64,000 bases of DNA from Vulcanimicrobiota bacterium (GCA_963812135.1 CAWETU010000001.1:160001-224000); one strand, 5' to 3'; counted from the stretch's first letter, positions 9,974 through 19,479 are shown. Numbers and translations: made by a program. The notes: generated by a model not told the origin, from the letters alone.

Positions 9974-10213
9974 GTGATCACTCCCTTCGAGCTCACCGCC
10001 CTCATCCGACATGCGCTGCCGGACGCACACGTCGAGATATCCGACCGGACTGGGACGCACGATCACTACAATCTGAAAGTCGTGTCGAAGGGGTTTGCCG
10101 GGATGACGCCGCTGCAGCGGCACCGGCTGGTCTATAAGGCGCTCGGCGAGGCGCTCAAAGACGGCAGGTTGCACGCGGTCGAACTGACGACCCTGACCCC
10201 CGACGTGATGTAG
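9974..10213 (+). CDS. bolA: BolA/IbaG family protein
   Basis: 'H....VVS..F.G...LQRHRLVY.AL' and 'HAVEL'. Confidence 0.92.
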   Translation: MITPFELTALIRHALPDAHVEISDRTGTHDHYNLKVVSKGFAGMTPLQRHRLVYKALGEALKDGRLHAVELTTLTPDVM

Positions 10214-10226
10214 AAAGCATACCAAA

Positions 10227-10559
10227 ATGACTGACGACCTCAAAAAGCAGATCGACGACGAGATCAAGGCGCACAAGGTGCTCGTCTACGGCAAAGGGAC
10301 GAAGAGCGCGCCGCGGTGCGGTTTCACCATGGAGACGATCGCGTTCTTCAACCAGTTCGGCTACCCGTTCGAAGTCGTCGACGTCCTCGACGACATGCCG
10401 AAGCGCGAGGCGCTTGCGGAGATGACCGATTGGCCGACGCTCCCGAAGGTTTTTATCAACGGGGCGTTCTACGGCGACACCGATATCCTCGGCCCCATGC
10501 ACGAACGCGGCGAGCTTGCGCCGCTGCTCGACGAGACGTTCAAAGCTCCCGCCCGCTAA
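10227..10559 (+). CDS. grxD: Monothiol glutaredoxin (Grx4 family)
   Basis: KGT...P.CGFT and WPTLP motifs; adjacent to bolA. Confidence 0.9.
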   Translation: MTDDLKKQIDDEIKAHKVLVYGKGTKSAPRCGFTMETIAFFNQFGYPFEVVDVLDDMPKREALAEMTDWPTLPKVFINGAFYGDTDILGPMHERGELAPLLDETFKAPAR

Positions 10560-10568
10560 CGCCCGCGC

Positions 10569-11900
10569 GTGAGCCAGGACGCCGGCTCGGGCGAGGCCGC
10601 GCGCGCGCTCCGTCTCGTCGTTTGGACCGTCGCAGCGACGACCTATTGCACGATGATCGTCGCGCGGACAGGGCCGTCGATCGCAGCGGATCAGATCAGC
10701 GCGGCGTTCGGGATCCCGGCGGTGGCCCTGGGCGCGCTCTTCGGCGCGCAATACTTCACCTACATGTTGTTGCAGCTGCCGAGCGGCGCGTTGGCCGATT
10801 CTGTCGGCCCTCGCTGGATGCTCGGTCTCGGCGCGCTGCTCGGCGGACTCGGCACGCTGCTGTTCGCGACGACGCACAGCTACCACATCGCGACTGCCGG
10901 CCGAGTGATGCTCGGCGTCGGCGACGCATTTATCTATCTCAACGCGCTGCGGCTCATCGGCAACTGGTTTCGCCCGCAGGAATATGCGACGTGGCTCGGG
11001 CTGCTCGGCGTCGCCGGCGGCATCGGCAGCCTGCTCGCGACCGCACCGCTCGCGTTGCTGCTCACGCATGTCGGGTGGCGTGCAGGATTCATCGGCGTCG
11101 CGTGCGCGCTGCTGCTCTCATCGATCGCATGCCTGGCGTGGGTGCGCAACAGTCCCGCTGACATCGACCCGAGTCGCCGGCACCGGAGCGTGCGCGAAGC
11201 GCTGCCTTCGCCACAGCGTTCGTTCGCCGCTGCGCTCACGGTCGCTCGCAACTCGCGTCAATGGACGGCGATCGCCGCCCATGCCGCCCTAGTCGGTCCG
11301 AGCATCGCGTTTTTCGGGGTGTGGGCCGTGCCGATGCTGCTCCAAGAATACGGCCTGTCGCGCGTGAGCGCGGGGATCTTCTTGATGTTCGCCACGCTGG
11401 GCGGGCTGATCGGCGGACCGGTGATCGCATACGCGAGCGATCGCCTTGGCGCGCGTCGCCCGTTGCTGCTCGCGTGCCTAGTGGCTGCGAGCACCTGCTG
11501 GATCGTCGTCGCACTGCTCGGCGGACGCCCGCCGCTGTGGTTTCTTTTCGTGACCGCGACGGTCACCAGCGTCGGAGCGGCGGGGACCGTGCTGGTGTTC
11601 GCGATGGCACGTGAAGTCAACCCGACAAGCTTGACCGGCATTGCCAGCGGCATGGTGAACGTTGGCGGATACTTGTGCGGCGCCATGTTGCAGATCGTGA
11701 TGGGACATGCGCTCGACAGCCACTGGGAGGGCGCGATCGTCGACGGCGCACGCGTCTACACCGCCGGCGGTTTTGCCAATGCGTTCTCGTGGGTCGCTGC
11801 GACATGCGCGGTGCTGACGGTCATCGCATTGCGCGCACCCGAAACGGGACGCCGGTCGCGGCACAGCGAAGGACTGGAGCCCACTCCAGACACTCCATAA
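10569..11900 (+). CDS. MFS transporter
   Basis: 12 TM segments; motif A 'G.LADSVGPR' and 'SDRLGARR'. Confidence 0.9.
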   Translation: MSQDAGSGEAARALRLVVWTVAATTYCTMIVARTGPSIAADQISAAFGIPAVALGALFGAQYFTYMLLQLPSGALADSVGPRWMLGLGALLGGLGTLLFATTHSYHIATAGRVMLGVGDAFIYLNALRLIGNWFRPQEYATWLGLLGVAGGIGSLLATAPLALLLTHVGWRAGFIGVACALLLSSIACLAWVRNSPADIDPSRRHRSVREALPSPQRSFAAALTVARNSRQWTAIAAHAALVGPSIAFFGVWAVPMLLQEYGLSRVSAGIFLMFATLGGLIGGPVIAYASDRLGARRPLLLACLVAASTCWIVVALLGGRPPLWFLFVTATVTSVGAAGTVLVFAMAREVNPTSLTGIASGMVNVGGYLCGAMLQIVMGHALDSHWEGAIVDGARVYTAGGFANAFSWVAATCAVLTVIALRAPETGRRSRHSEGLEPTPDTP

Positions 11901-11902
11901 GA

Positions 11903-13369
11903 ATGGGAATTCGTCCATTGGCCACAACGCCCAGACCGGCATCGCGATACGTGAGGCCGCCCGGCTCGATCACCGCCGGCGTCGTGCTCTTGTGCGCGCT
12001 CGTCGTGTCGGTTATCGGGTCGATGGTCACGTACAATAACGTGCGCTCGGCGTTCGCTCACCTAAACGCATACGATAGCGCTCGCGAGGAGCTCGCCCTG
12101 CTGTTGACGCTGCAGCTCGATGAGGAGACCTCGTTGCGCGGCTTCCTCAGCACGGGCAAGACGATCTACCTCGAACCCTATACAGAAGCATCGCCGCAAT
12201 ACGATCCGGTCTTCCGACAGCTCGTTCAATTCGTCGACACGGCGGGCGTGACGGGGGCATCCGCGCCGATCCTCGACATGCGCACGCAGCACACGCTTTG
12301 GGAACGGCAGATCGCCGAGCCCCTCATCAAGAACCCGAACTCGACCGACGCAGTCCTCATACTCGGTCGCGGCAAGATCATGATGGACCGCGTGCGCAAC
12401 GACTATGCCAACGCCGCCAGCGTCCTCGACGCTGAATCGAAGCGTTTGGTGGACGAATCGTTTTCGCTTTTGCGCCGCGCCGCATTCGTCACCGCCGCGT
12501 TGATCCTCTCGTTCGGATTGATCGCGCTCGTCGCGGATGCGTATCGCAGCCGGTCCCAGGCCGCGTTGGCGCGCGAACGCGCGGTGACCGACACGCTGCA
12601 GCGCGCGTTTCTGAGCGGCTGGGATATGCTGCCGTATCTGCGGATCGGGACCGCCTACGTATCCTCGACCGCCGAGGCTGCGGTGGGCGGCGACCTATTC
12701 GACGTCTACCGGCTCGACGAGAACCGCGCAATGGTCCTCGTGGCTGACGTGAGCGGCAAGGGGCTCGCCGCTGCGGTCGAAACTGCGTTGGTGAAATACT
12801 CCATCCGCACGTTGGTCGAAACGGAGAAGGACCCCGCGGTGGTGCTGCAACGCTTCAACACGCTCTTCGAGCGCTCGGCAGCTGACCCAGGTGCCTTCGT
12901 CAGCGTGTTCCTGGGAATCGTGGACGATCGCGATCTGTCGCTGTGGTATGCGAGCGCCGGTCACGGCTCGGTCTTCGTGCGCCGCGGCAGCCGCGCGTCG
13001 TTGTTGCCCGCAACCGGACCGGTCATCGGTCTCGAGCCGGTGCAGACGTTCAAGTCGGAACGCGTGACGCTGGGGATCGGCGATGTCGTGGTGCTGGCCA
13101 CCGACGGCCTCACCGAGGCTCGCGACCAAGCCGGCATCATGCTGGGCGACGAGCAGTCGCTGCATTGGCTCGAGCGCGGGCCGGCGGATCCACAAAAACT
13201 CGCCGACGAGATCGTCGCCAACGTACGCCGCTACGCCGGTGGGCGCATCGCCGACGACCTCGCGCTGCTCGTCATCAGAGTCCAGCGTACGTCGGTGGCC
13301 GGCACCGACGGGCCGGGGCGGCGCGAGGTCATGCCGACGTCCGCCGACGGCGGAACCGGACGCGCCTGA
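11903..13369 (+). CDS. CHASE3-sensor SpoIIE/RsbU-type PP2C phosphatase
   Basis: TM-CHASE3 (DEETSLRGFL.TG...YLEPY)-TM, then GGDLFD, DVSGKG, TDGLTEA and DD motifs. Confidence 0.9.
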   Translation: MGIRPLATTPRPASRYVRPPGSITAGVVLLCALVVSVIGSMVTYNNVRSAFAHLNAYDSAREELALLLTLQLDEETSLRGFLSTGKTIYLEPYTEASPQYDPVFRQLVQFVDTAGVTGASAPILDMRTQHTLWERQIAEPLIKNPNSTDAVLILGRGKIMMDRVRNDYANAASVLDAESKRLVDESFSLLRRAAFVTAALILSFGLIALVADAYRSRSQAALARERAVTDTLQRAFLSGWDMLPYLRIGTAYVSSTAEAAVGGDLFDVYRLDENRAMVLVADVSGKGLAAAVETALVKYSIRTLVETEKDPAVVLQRFNTLFERSAADPGAFVSVFLGIVDDRDLSLWYASAGHGSVFVRRGSRASLLPATGPVIGLEPVQTFKSERVTLGIGDVVVLATDGLTEARDQAGIMLGDEQSLHWLERGPADPQKLADEIVANVRRYAGGRIADDLALLVIRVQRTSVAGTDGPGRREVMPTSADGGTGRA

Positions 13370-13581
13370 TGGAGCGGGCGGGCTTCGCCTGCGAGGATTG
13401 CGGCGAGGTGTGCTGGCTGGCCCAGGGGGCGACCCATGCCCGCTGGCTGCGGGATCGCGAGCACGTCGCCCGCGAGGTGATGGAGCACTCGTCCGCCGGC
13501 TTGGATCTCTGGATGAGCGAAGGACTGGGGTTCTTAGACGAACATCGCGGGCACAGCGTGCTCGTGGTCACCCAACAGTAA
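13369..13581 (+). CDS. Small hypothetical protein with CxxC and HxxH (possible Zn-binding)
   Basis: ATG overlaps the PP2C stop (TGATG); MERAGFACEDC...FLDEHRGH. Confidence 0.7.
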   Translation: MERAGFACEDCGEVCWLAQGATHARWLRDREHVAREVMEHSSAGLDLWMSEGLGFLDEHRGHSVLVVTQQ

Positions 13582-13592
13582 GGCATGTGGGC

Positions 13593-13628
13593 AGAAAAAA
13601 GAGCGAAGGAACGCTTCGCTCTTCTTTT
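13593..13628. terminator. Bidirectional intrinsic terminator
   Basis: 10-bp stem AAGAGCGAAG/CTTCGCTCTT flanked by an A-run and a T-run, between convergent genes. Confidence 0.8.
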
Positions 13629-13645
13629 CACGCTAGGTTTTTCGC

Positions 13646-13708
13646 CTAGTGTTTCTTTTTGCGGCTCTTCTTTGCTGTTTTCTTGGCCGCTTTTTTCTTC
13701 TTTGCCAT
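13646..13708 (-). CDS. 20-aa Lys-rich peptide MAKKKKAAKKTAKKSRKKKH
   Basis: SD GGAGGTGA 6 nt before ATG; TAG followed by the terminator; below the ORF-track size cut-off. Confidence 0.75.
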   Translation of the reverse strand: MAKKKKAAKKTAKKSRKKKH

Positions 13709-13828
13709 TTCAACTCACCTCCATTCTGCGGAGAAATGGATGTGACTCGCTCTTACTGAGCTTGACGTTGCATTGCTCAGCGCGCGTGACATATCCTTCT
13801 TTCTATTTCGGCGCGATGAAACAGAAAT

Positions 13829-14884
13829 TCACAACGCGTGGATGCGTTCGCCGCTGAGATTTTTGAGTTTCGCGCCGCCGCGATCGAATTTCGTGGCGAT
13901 CATCTCCGCCAATATCGCGACCGCGATCTCTTCGGGAGACTGCGCGCCGATGTCAAGACCGATCGGCGCGTGCACCGCGTCGATCGTGGCTGCGGAGAAT
14001 CCGGCGCGCTCGAGGCGCGCGCGGCGCAGCGCCTGCGTCTTGCGGCTGCCGATCGCGCCGACGTAGCGCACTGGATGACGCAGCACGTGCGCCAGTGTCG
14101 GATCGTCGAACTTGTCGTCGTGCGTCAGCACGGCGACGTACGTGTTCTCATCCATCGGAAGGGCGGGCAACTCGTCCTCCGGCCACCCGACGAGCAGTCG
14201 CGCGGCCGCAGGGAATCTGGCCCGGTTGTTGAGCCGCTCGCGCGGATCGATGACGGTGACTTCGAAACCGGAACGCGCCGCGAGGGCGCACAGCGCCTCG
14301 GCGATGTGGACGGCGCCCACGATGATGAGCCGCGGACTGGGCAACACAGGCATTGCGAACACCTCGTGCTGGCCAGCCGCGCTCGTCGCCGCGACGTTGC
14401 GCCCGAGCGCGGCGCGCCCCAGCGTATCCATGGCCTCGTCGAGCGCGGCGTCGCCGCTGCCGCCGGCGCTCTCCGCGCGCGGATACACGACACGCTTTGC
14501 GCCCACGAACGATGGGCCGCGCACGACCGTGCACAGCGCCGCCGGCTGCAATCCATCGAGGACCGGCCGCCCCCCGTCGAAACGCTCGATGAACACATCG
14601 ATCGCGCCGCCGCACGATAGCCCGACATCCCACATCATATTCTTGTTGATGCCATAGCGCGCGATCTTGGGCACGCCGCTCGCGATGACGCTGCTCGCTT
14701 CGTCGACGACCGCTCCTTCCACGCATCCTCCGCTGACCGAACCCGCGATCGCGCCGTTCGCGGCGATCAGCATCGTCGCGCCGGCGTCGCGCGGCGCCGA
14801 CCCGTCGACGTGGATGACGGTCGCGATGGCGAACGGTTCGCCGGCGGCACGCCAGCGCGCCATGGTCTCCACGACGTCCTTCAC
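13829..14884 (-). CDS. XdhC/CoxF family molybdoenzyme accessory protein
   Basis: GSAPR..G and GSVSGGCVE (XdhC_CoxI), CGG, YVGAIGSR, PIGLDIGA.SPEEIA (XdhC_C). Confidence 0.92.
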   Translation of the reverse strand: MKDVVETMARWRAAGEPFAIATVIHVDGSAPRDAGATMLIAANGAIAGSVSGGCVEGAVVDEASSVIASGVPKIARYGINKNMMWDVGLSCGGAIDVFIERFDGGRPVLDGLQPAALCTVVRGPSFVGAKRVVYPRAESAGGSGDAALDEAMDTLGRAALGRNVAATSAAGQHEVFAMPVLPSPRLIIVGAVHIAEALCALAARSGFEVTVIDPRERLNNRARFPAAARLLVGWPEDELPALPMDENTYVAVLTHDDKFDDPTLAHVLRHPVRYVGAIGSRKTQALRRARLERAGFSAATIDAVHAPIGLDIGAQSPEEIAVAILAEMIATKFDRGGAKLKNLSGERIHAL

Positions 14885-16152
14885 GACGCCACTCCTTGGG
14901 CCCGCACCGGGCGCCGGTCTTCGATCGAATTGAGCAGTTCGGCGAGCTGCATGAGGCTCCGCAAGTTGTGGGCCGACAGGAAATTGTCGATGTACGGCAA
15001 GGCGGCTTGCATGCCGACCGTTTGCGGGCGATAGCGAGACGAGCCCAGCAGCGGATTGAGCCAGATGAGCCGGTACGCGCTGCGCTGCAGCCGGCGCATC
15101 TCGCTCGCGAGCAGGTCGATGTCGCCGCGGTCCCAACCGTCGCTGATGATCAGCACGATCGCGCCGCGTCCGAGCACGCGCCCGGCCCAGCGTAGGTTGA
15201 AAGCGCGCAGGCATTCGCCGATGCGCGTGCCGCCCGCCCAGTCGGCGACGCTGCCTGCGACCTCATCGAGCGCGGCGCGGATGTCGCGATGTCGGATCTG
15301 GCGCGTGATGCGCGTCAGACGCGTGCCGAAGACGAATGCTTCGACTCGACCGACCGAGTGGCGCACGGCGTGCACGAACTGGAGCAGGAGCCGCGAGTAT
15401 CGGTCCATGGAGCCCGAGATGTCGCATAAAAGGACGAGATCGCGCTGCTTGCGCCGGCGTTTTCGCGTGGTGAGCGAGAGCACTTCGCCGCCGCGGCGCA
15501 GGCTCGTACGCAACGTGCGGCGATAGTCGAACGCGCCGCTGCCGGCGCCCGCTTTCGTGCGGCGCGAGCGTTTGGTTCCGAGCTCCCACACGTGACGGCG
15601 CGTGAGCTCGCGCGCGCGATCGGCTTCGACGTCGCTGAGCTGCGAGAATTCTTTTTGGTACAATCCCTCGGCGAAGCTGTAGGTGAACGATCGATCCCCG
15701 TCAAGGGCTTGCGCGCCTTCATCTTGATGCGCGCTCTCCCCATCGCTGCGCACGAAGGTGCTGCGCGATCGTTCGGGCTGCGTGCCGGGCGTGGGGAACT
15801 GCGGCGCCGCGCTGCGTGGATCGCCGTCCACGTCGGGCGGTTGCGGCGAATCGGGCGCGTGATCGGCCGGCGGCTGCGGCATCACCGCTTTGCTCCAGAA
15901 CAGCTCGAACGCGGCGTCGAAGATGGGGATGTCTTCCGGCCGGCGGACGAGCACCGCGCGCGCGGCGGCCTTGACGTCGGCGCGCGAGCGCATGCCGACC
16001 GCGTCGAGCGCCTGGTCGAGCAAGATGATCTTGTCGGGCTGGACCGCGAGACCAAGATCGCGCAACACGCGGCCGAAGATGATGACGTTGCGCCCGAGGC
16101 GCGCGAAGCGCTTGAGGTCGTCTGCGTCGACGACCGAGCTGCGCTCGCTCAT
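14881..16152 (-). CDS. coxE: CoxE-like VWA domain protein
   Basis: MIDAS DISGSM; 'F.FGTRLTRIT', 'DW.GGTRIG', 'ISDGWD', 'WLNP'. Confidence 0.9.
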   Translation of the reverse strand: MSERSSVVDADDLKRFARLGRNVIIFGRVLRDLGLAVQPDKIILLDQALDAVGMRSRADVKAAARAVLVRRPEDIPIFDAAFELFWSKAVMPQPPADHAPDSPQPPDVDGDPRSAAPQFPTPGTQPERSRSTFVRSDGESAHQDEGAQALDGDRSFTYSFAEGLYQKEFSQLSDVEADRARELTRRHVWELGTKRSRRTKAGAGSGAFDYRRTLRTSLRRGGEVLSLTTRKRRRKQRDLVLLCDISGSMDRYSRLLLQFVHAVRHSVGRVEAFVFGTRLTRITRQIRHRDIRAALDEVAGSVADWAGGTRIGECLRAFNLRWAGRVLGRGAIVLIISDGWDRGDIDLLASEMRRLQRSAYRLIWLNPLLGSSRYRPQTVGMQAALPYIDNFLSAHNLRSLMQLAELLNSIEDRRPVRAQGVAS

Positions 16153-17060
16153 GCGCCCGAAGCGACCTTGTGCGCGCGTTCCACGCGCGCGGCGAGCGCG
16201 CTCTCGCGCGCTTTGGTGACGTCCTCTTGGTACTTCAAGAGGCAGCCGATCGTCTCGGCGACGACGCGCTCGTCGAGCGTCGACTTGCCGAGCGCCACCA
16301 GCGCGGCGGCCCAGTCGATCGTCTCAGCGACGCCCGGGTGCTTGTAGAACGAATCGCTGCGCAACCCGGCGACCATCGCCGCGGCCTCGAGCGCGAGCCT
16401 GCGCTCCACGCCCGGCACTTTCGACTCGACGATGCGCGCCTCGCGTTCGATGTCGGGGTAATCGATCCAATGATAGAGACATCGCCGCTTGAGCGCGTCG
16501 TGGACTTCGCGCGTGCGGTTGCTGGTCAGCACGACGAGCGGCGGCGTGGTCGCCCTGAATGTGCCGATCTCAGGCACGGTCACTTGGAAGTCCGACAGCA
16601 GCTCGAGCAGAAACGCCTCGAACTCTTCGTCTGCGCGGTCGATCTCGTCGATCAGCAGGACCGCCGGCGGTCCATCGTGATCCTCGATCGCCTGCAGCAG
16701 CGGACGTTTGATGAGGAACTCAGGTCCGAAGATCTCGCGCTCGGTCTTCGCGCGCTCTTGATCGCCGGCTTGCGCATCGGCGAGCCGGATGTGCAAGATC
16801 TGTTTCGCATAGTTCCATTCGTACAGCGCGTGATTGACGTCGAGACCTTCATAGCATTGCAGGCGGATGAGCCGGCGGCCGAGTCCGGCGGCGAGCACTT
16901 TGGCGACTTCGGTCTTGCCGACGCCTGCCTCGCCTTCGAGGAAGAGCGGGCGTCCAAGCGTCGCCGCGAGGTAGATCGACACGGCCAACGTCCGGTCGGC
17001 GACGTAGCGGTTGTCCGCCAACATCGCTTGCACGTCTTCTATGGATGAAATCGTCTTCAC
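16149..17060 (-). CDS. coxD: CoxD-like MoxR AAA+ ATPase
   Basis: Walker A GEAGVGKT, LQCYEGLD, LLIDEIDRAD, DALKRRC. Confidence 0.92.
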   Translation of the reverse strand: MKTISSIEDVQAMLADNRYVADRTLAVSIYLAATLGRPLFLEGEAGVGKTEVAKVLAAGLGRRLIRLQCYEGLDVNHALYEWNYAKQILHIRLADAQAGDQERAKTEREIFGPEFLIKRPLLQAIEDHDGPPAVLLIDEIDRADEEFEAFLLELLSDFQVTVPEIGTFRATTPPLVVLTSNRTREVHDALKRRCLYHWIDYPDIEREARIVESKVPGVERRLALEAAAMVAGLRSDSFYKHPGVAETIDWAAALVALGKSTLDERVVAETIGCLLKYQEDVTKARESALAARVERAHKVASGA

Positions 17061-17145
17061 AAAGCGCTCATTTCCAGCCGTGGCTGCGACTTACCCGCGC
17101 TCACAGACGCCGCATGCGGCAGGGCCGTCTGCGCGGCGTCGCAAA

Positions 17146-17673
17146 GTGGTGGTCGTGATTCGCTGGATCGTCGGCGCAGTCGTCGCGGTCGCGCTGGTGG
17201 TCCTGATCGCCGCGTACTTCCCAAGCGAGATCGACCAGAGTCGCGGGCCGGCGCAGGTCGTCGGCATGATCGCGCCGGCGCTCACCGTGCCGCTCGTGAC
17301 GGGCGGTGAGATGGACCTGAACAGCCTGCGCGGCCATGATGTGCTGCTCAACGTATGGGCGACATGGTGCGGACCGTGCCGCAGGGAGATGCCTGCGCTC
17401 GAGCGGCTGGCGCGCGAACAAACAGGGCGGCTGGTCGTGATCGCGGTGGACCAAGGCGAGGCGCCCGCGACGGCGCGCGACTTCGCCAAACGCTTCGGCG
17501 TCACGTTTCCGGTGGCCGCAGACCCGGAGCAACGCCTCGGAACGAAACTACATCTGGTCGGCATGCCGAGCTCGTTCTTCATCGACAAGAAGGGCGTGAT
17601 CCGCGAGGCGGTCGACGGCGAGATGACCTATGACGTGATGCTGCGCAAAGCGCAGCAGATCGAGAACATGTAG
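17146..17673 (+). CDS. TlpA/ResA thiol-disulfide reductase
   Basis: N-terminal TM; WATWCGPCRREMP. Start approximate. Confidence 0.9.
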   Translation: MVVVIRWIVGAVVAVALVVLIAAYFPSEIDQSRGPAQVVGMIAPALTVPLVTGGEMDLNSLRGHDVLLNVWATWCGPCRREMPALERLAREQTGRLVVIAVDQGEAPATARDFAKRFGVTFPVAADPEQRLGTKLHLVGMPSSFFIDKKGVIREAVDGEMTYDVMLRKAQQIENM

Positions 17674-17674
17674 A

Positions 17675-18340
17675 GTGAGGATCGCGTTGCTGCGCATACA
17701 AGATCTCCTTCGTTCGCTTCTCGCGCCGCGCGTGCGCCTGACGGTCGCCGTGCTCGTGGCGTTCGGCGTCACGCTGGCGGCCGCGACGGGCGGCTGCTCG
17801 AACTCGGCGACCTCGTCCACTGCGACGCCGACGCCCAGCGCCACGCCGACGGCCACGCCGACCGGTCCAACACCCACGCCGACGGCGCCGCCGCAGAACT
17901 TCATCTCGATCTCGGGTACTATCCCTCCGACGACCGACCCGACCTACGGCATCGTCGACGGGTATGGCGCGCTCGCAGCTGCACCAACGTCCACGCCTCT
18001 GACCACCCCCGCGCCGTCGCAGATCATCACCGTCTCGGCGAATCAGACCATCGTTTTCGTGAATCTCGACAAGAATCCGCACACCGCGTCGCTGCTCGGG
18101 CTGGCGAACGGCATGAACTGGCCCGCCACGTTCACCAACAACAACGGCACCGCCGGCCTTCCAGCAGGCACGGCGATCACCACAGCGGAGTTCTCGACCG
18201 GCACGATCGCGGCGGCATCGGGCGCACCAGTGTTCTCGTTCATCTACAACACCGGGCCGACGACGGGCATGTTCTACTTCGGCGATTTCTTCGGGTATCT
18301 CTCGAATCCGCCGATACGCACGGTCATCATCGTCCAATAA
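17675..18340 (+). CDS. Cupredoxin-fold lipoprotein, degenerate metal site
   Basis: Lipobox-like GGC; Pro/Thr linker; PHTA...FSTG...FYFGDFFGY...RTVIIVQ; paralog of the next gene. Confidence 0.7.
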   Translation: MRIALLRIQDLLRSLLAPRVRLTVAVLVAFGVTLAAATGGCSNSATSSTATPTPSATPTATPTGPTPTPTAPPQNFISISGTIPPTTDPTYGIVDGYGALAAAPTSTPLTTPAPSQIITVSANQTIVFVNLDKNPHTASLLGLANGMNWPATFTNNNGTAGLPAGTAITTAEFSTGTIAAASGAPVFSFIYNTGPTTGMFYFGDFFGYLSNPPIRTVIIVQ

Positions 18341-18342
18341 TA

Positions 18343-18368
18343 TTGTAGCGGTCGAATTTATTCGACCG
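18343..18368. repeat. GTAG-family REP-like palindrome, copy 1
   Basis: TTGTAGCGGTCGAATTTATTCGACCG, identical to 63740-63765. Confidence 0.75.
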
Positions 18369-18383
18369 TCCCCACGCAACTGT

Positions 18384-18415
18384 GGCCTCGGGCGAACGCT
18401 CGAGGCCTCTCCTTT
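18384..18415 (+). terminator. Putative intrinsic terminator
   Basis: GGCCTCGGGC-GAAC-GCTCGAGGCC stem followed by TCTCCTTT. Confidence 0.5.
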
Positions 18416-18536
18416 AATTGGGGTTTCAGGGGGGCAACCTAGGATAGCGATGCGGGAGCGGCGCTGCGCCCTGTCGTCGCCCCCGCGCTCCCTACCTTAA
18501 AAATTTCAGCTTCGGGGTGACCGAAAGGAAATCGAT

Positions 18537-19106
18537 GTGAAGCTCTCTTTCACGCGCGTCGCGCAGCTCGTGGCTGGACTCACGAGCGCTCTTGCGTTGA
18601 TCTCGTTGGCCGGCTGCGGCGGTTCGTACGGCGGCGGTGGCGGTATGGGCGGCTGCGGCATCTATGGTGGGCCCTGCCCGACCACTCCGCCTATGGCCAC
18701 GGATTGCTCCGTCATGGCCGCTGGACCGAACGTGACGATCGATCTCAACTACGGACTCGCGTCGTGCAACGACCAGACCTATTCGGTGATACGTGGATTT
18801 TCGACCGACAACGCGCATTCACAGGTCATCAAGATCCCGATCAATTCCAACGTGACGTTCATGGGGGGCACCGGCGCGCCGCACACCGCGGACCTGCTCG
18901 GCAGCTCGTTCCCGGCGACAGATACGAATCCGGCAACTGCGTCCCCAGCCGGAGCCGACATCAGCAGCGCCAACTTCAGCACCGGCCCGATCGGTTTGGG
19001 CGCGTCATCGGCGGTCTACAAAGCCGGTGTGGCGGGCGTGTACTTTTTCGGCTGCCACTTCCATTACGTCGCCTTTGGCGAGCGTTCGGTGCTCATCGTC
19101 CAGTGA
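18537..19106 (+). CDS. Plastocyanin/azurin-like (cupredoxin) lipoprotein
   Basis: Lipobox LAGC; PHT (His ligand) and YFFGCHFH (Cys, His ligands); SD GAAAGGA. Confidence 0.8.
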   Translation: MKLSFTRVAQLVAGLTSALALISLAGCGGSYGGGGGMGGCGIYGGPCPTTPPMATDCSVMAAGPNVTIDLNYGLASCNDQTYSVIRGFSTDNAHSQVIKIPINSNVTFMGGTGAPHTADLLGSSFPATDTNPATASPAGADISSANFSTGPIGLGASSAVYKAGVAGVYFFGCHFHYVAFGERSVLIVQ

Positions 19107-19479
19107 CGGGCGCCGCCGTCCCCGACAGGTAGATAACGGTCTGATCGCCGCTGACCTCCAAATGGACGGTGCGGCGGCGATCGTCGAACAGGGCGTACGT
19201 CGCTTCGCGTTTCACTTCGTTGAAGACGGATTGCGTGCCGCGCGGCAACATCGCGGCGTACCAGTCGCGAACTTTGTCAAAGCCATCCCACGTGGTGAAG
19301 ATCTCGATCACGTGACCCGCGTTCTTCGCGCGGATCGCCGGCGAGACGGCGACCGCGTTGGCGTGCGGGTACACGGGCAGATGCAGGGCGGAGCGCTCGG
19401 CGTTGTCGTGTCGCGCGCACGCGCCGAGCAGTATGGCGATCGCGAATGCGGCCGCGGCAAGAGCCGCGCGTGGTCTCAC
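19093..19479 (-). CDS. Hypothetical lipoprotein
   Basis: GTG overlaps the mrp stop; lipobox LLGAC; 'LPVYP.A' and 'T.D.FDKV..WY' patterns. Confidence 0.7.
   Translation of the reverse strand: MRPRAALAAAAFAIAILLGACARHDNAERSALHLPVYPHANAVAVSPAIRAKNAGHVIEIFTTWDGFDKVRDWYAAMLPRGTQSVFNEVKREATYALFDDRRRTVHLEVSGDQTVIYLSGTAAPVTGR

Noticed and set aside
10227..10559. CGFT instead of CGFS in Grx4
   Set aside because: Conservative variant in a standard bolA-grxD pair; not notable alone.
17815..17895. Short tandem ACGCCG repeats
   Set aside because: They encode an ordinary Pro/Thr linker of a lipoprotein.
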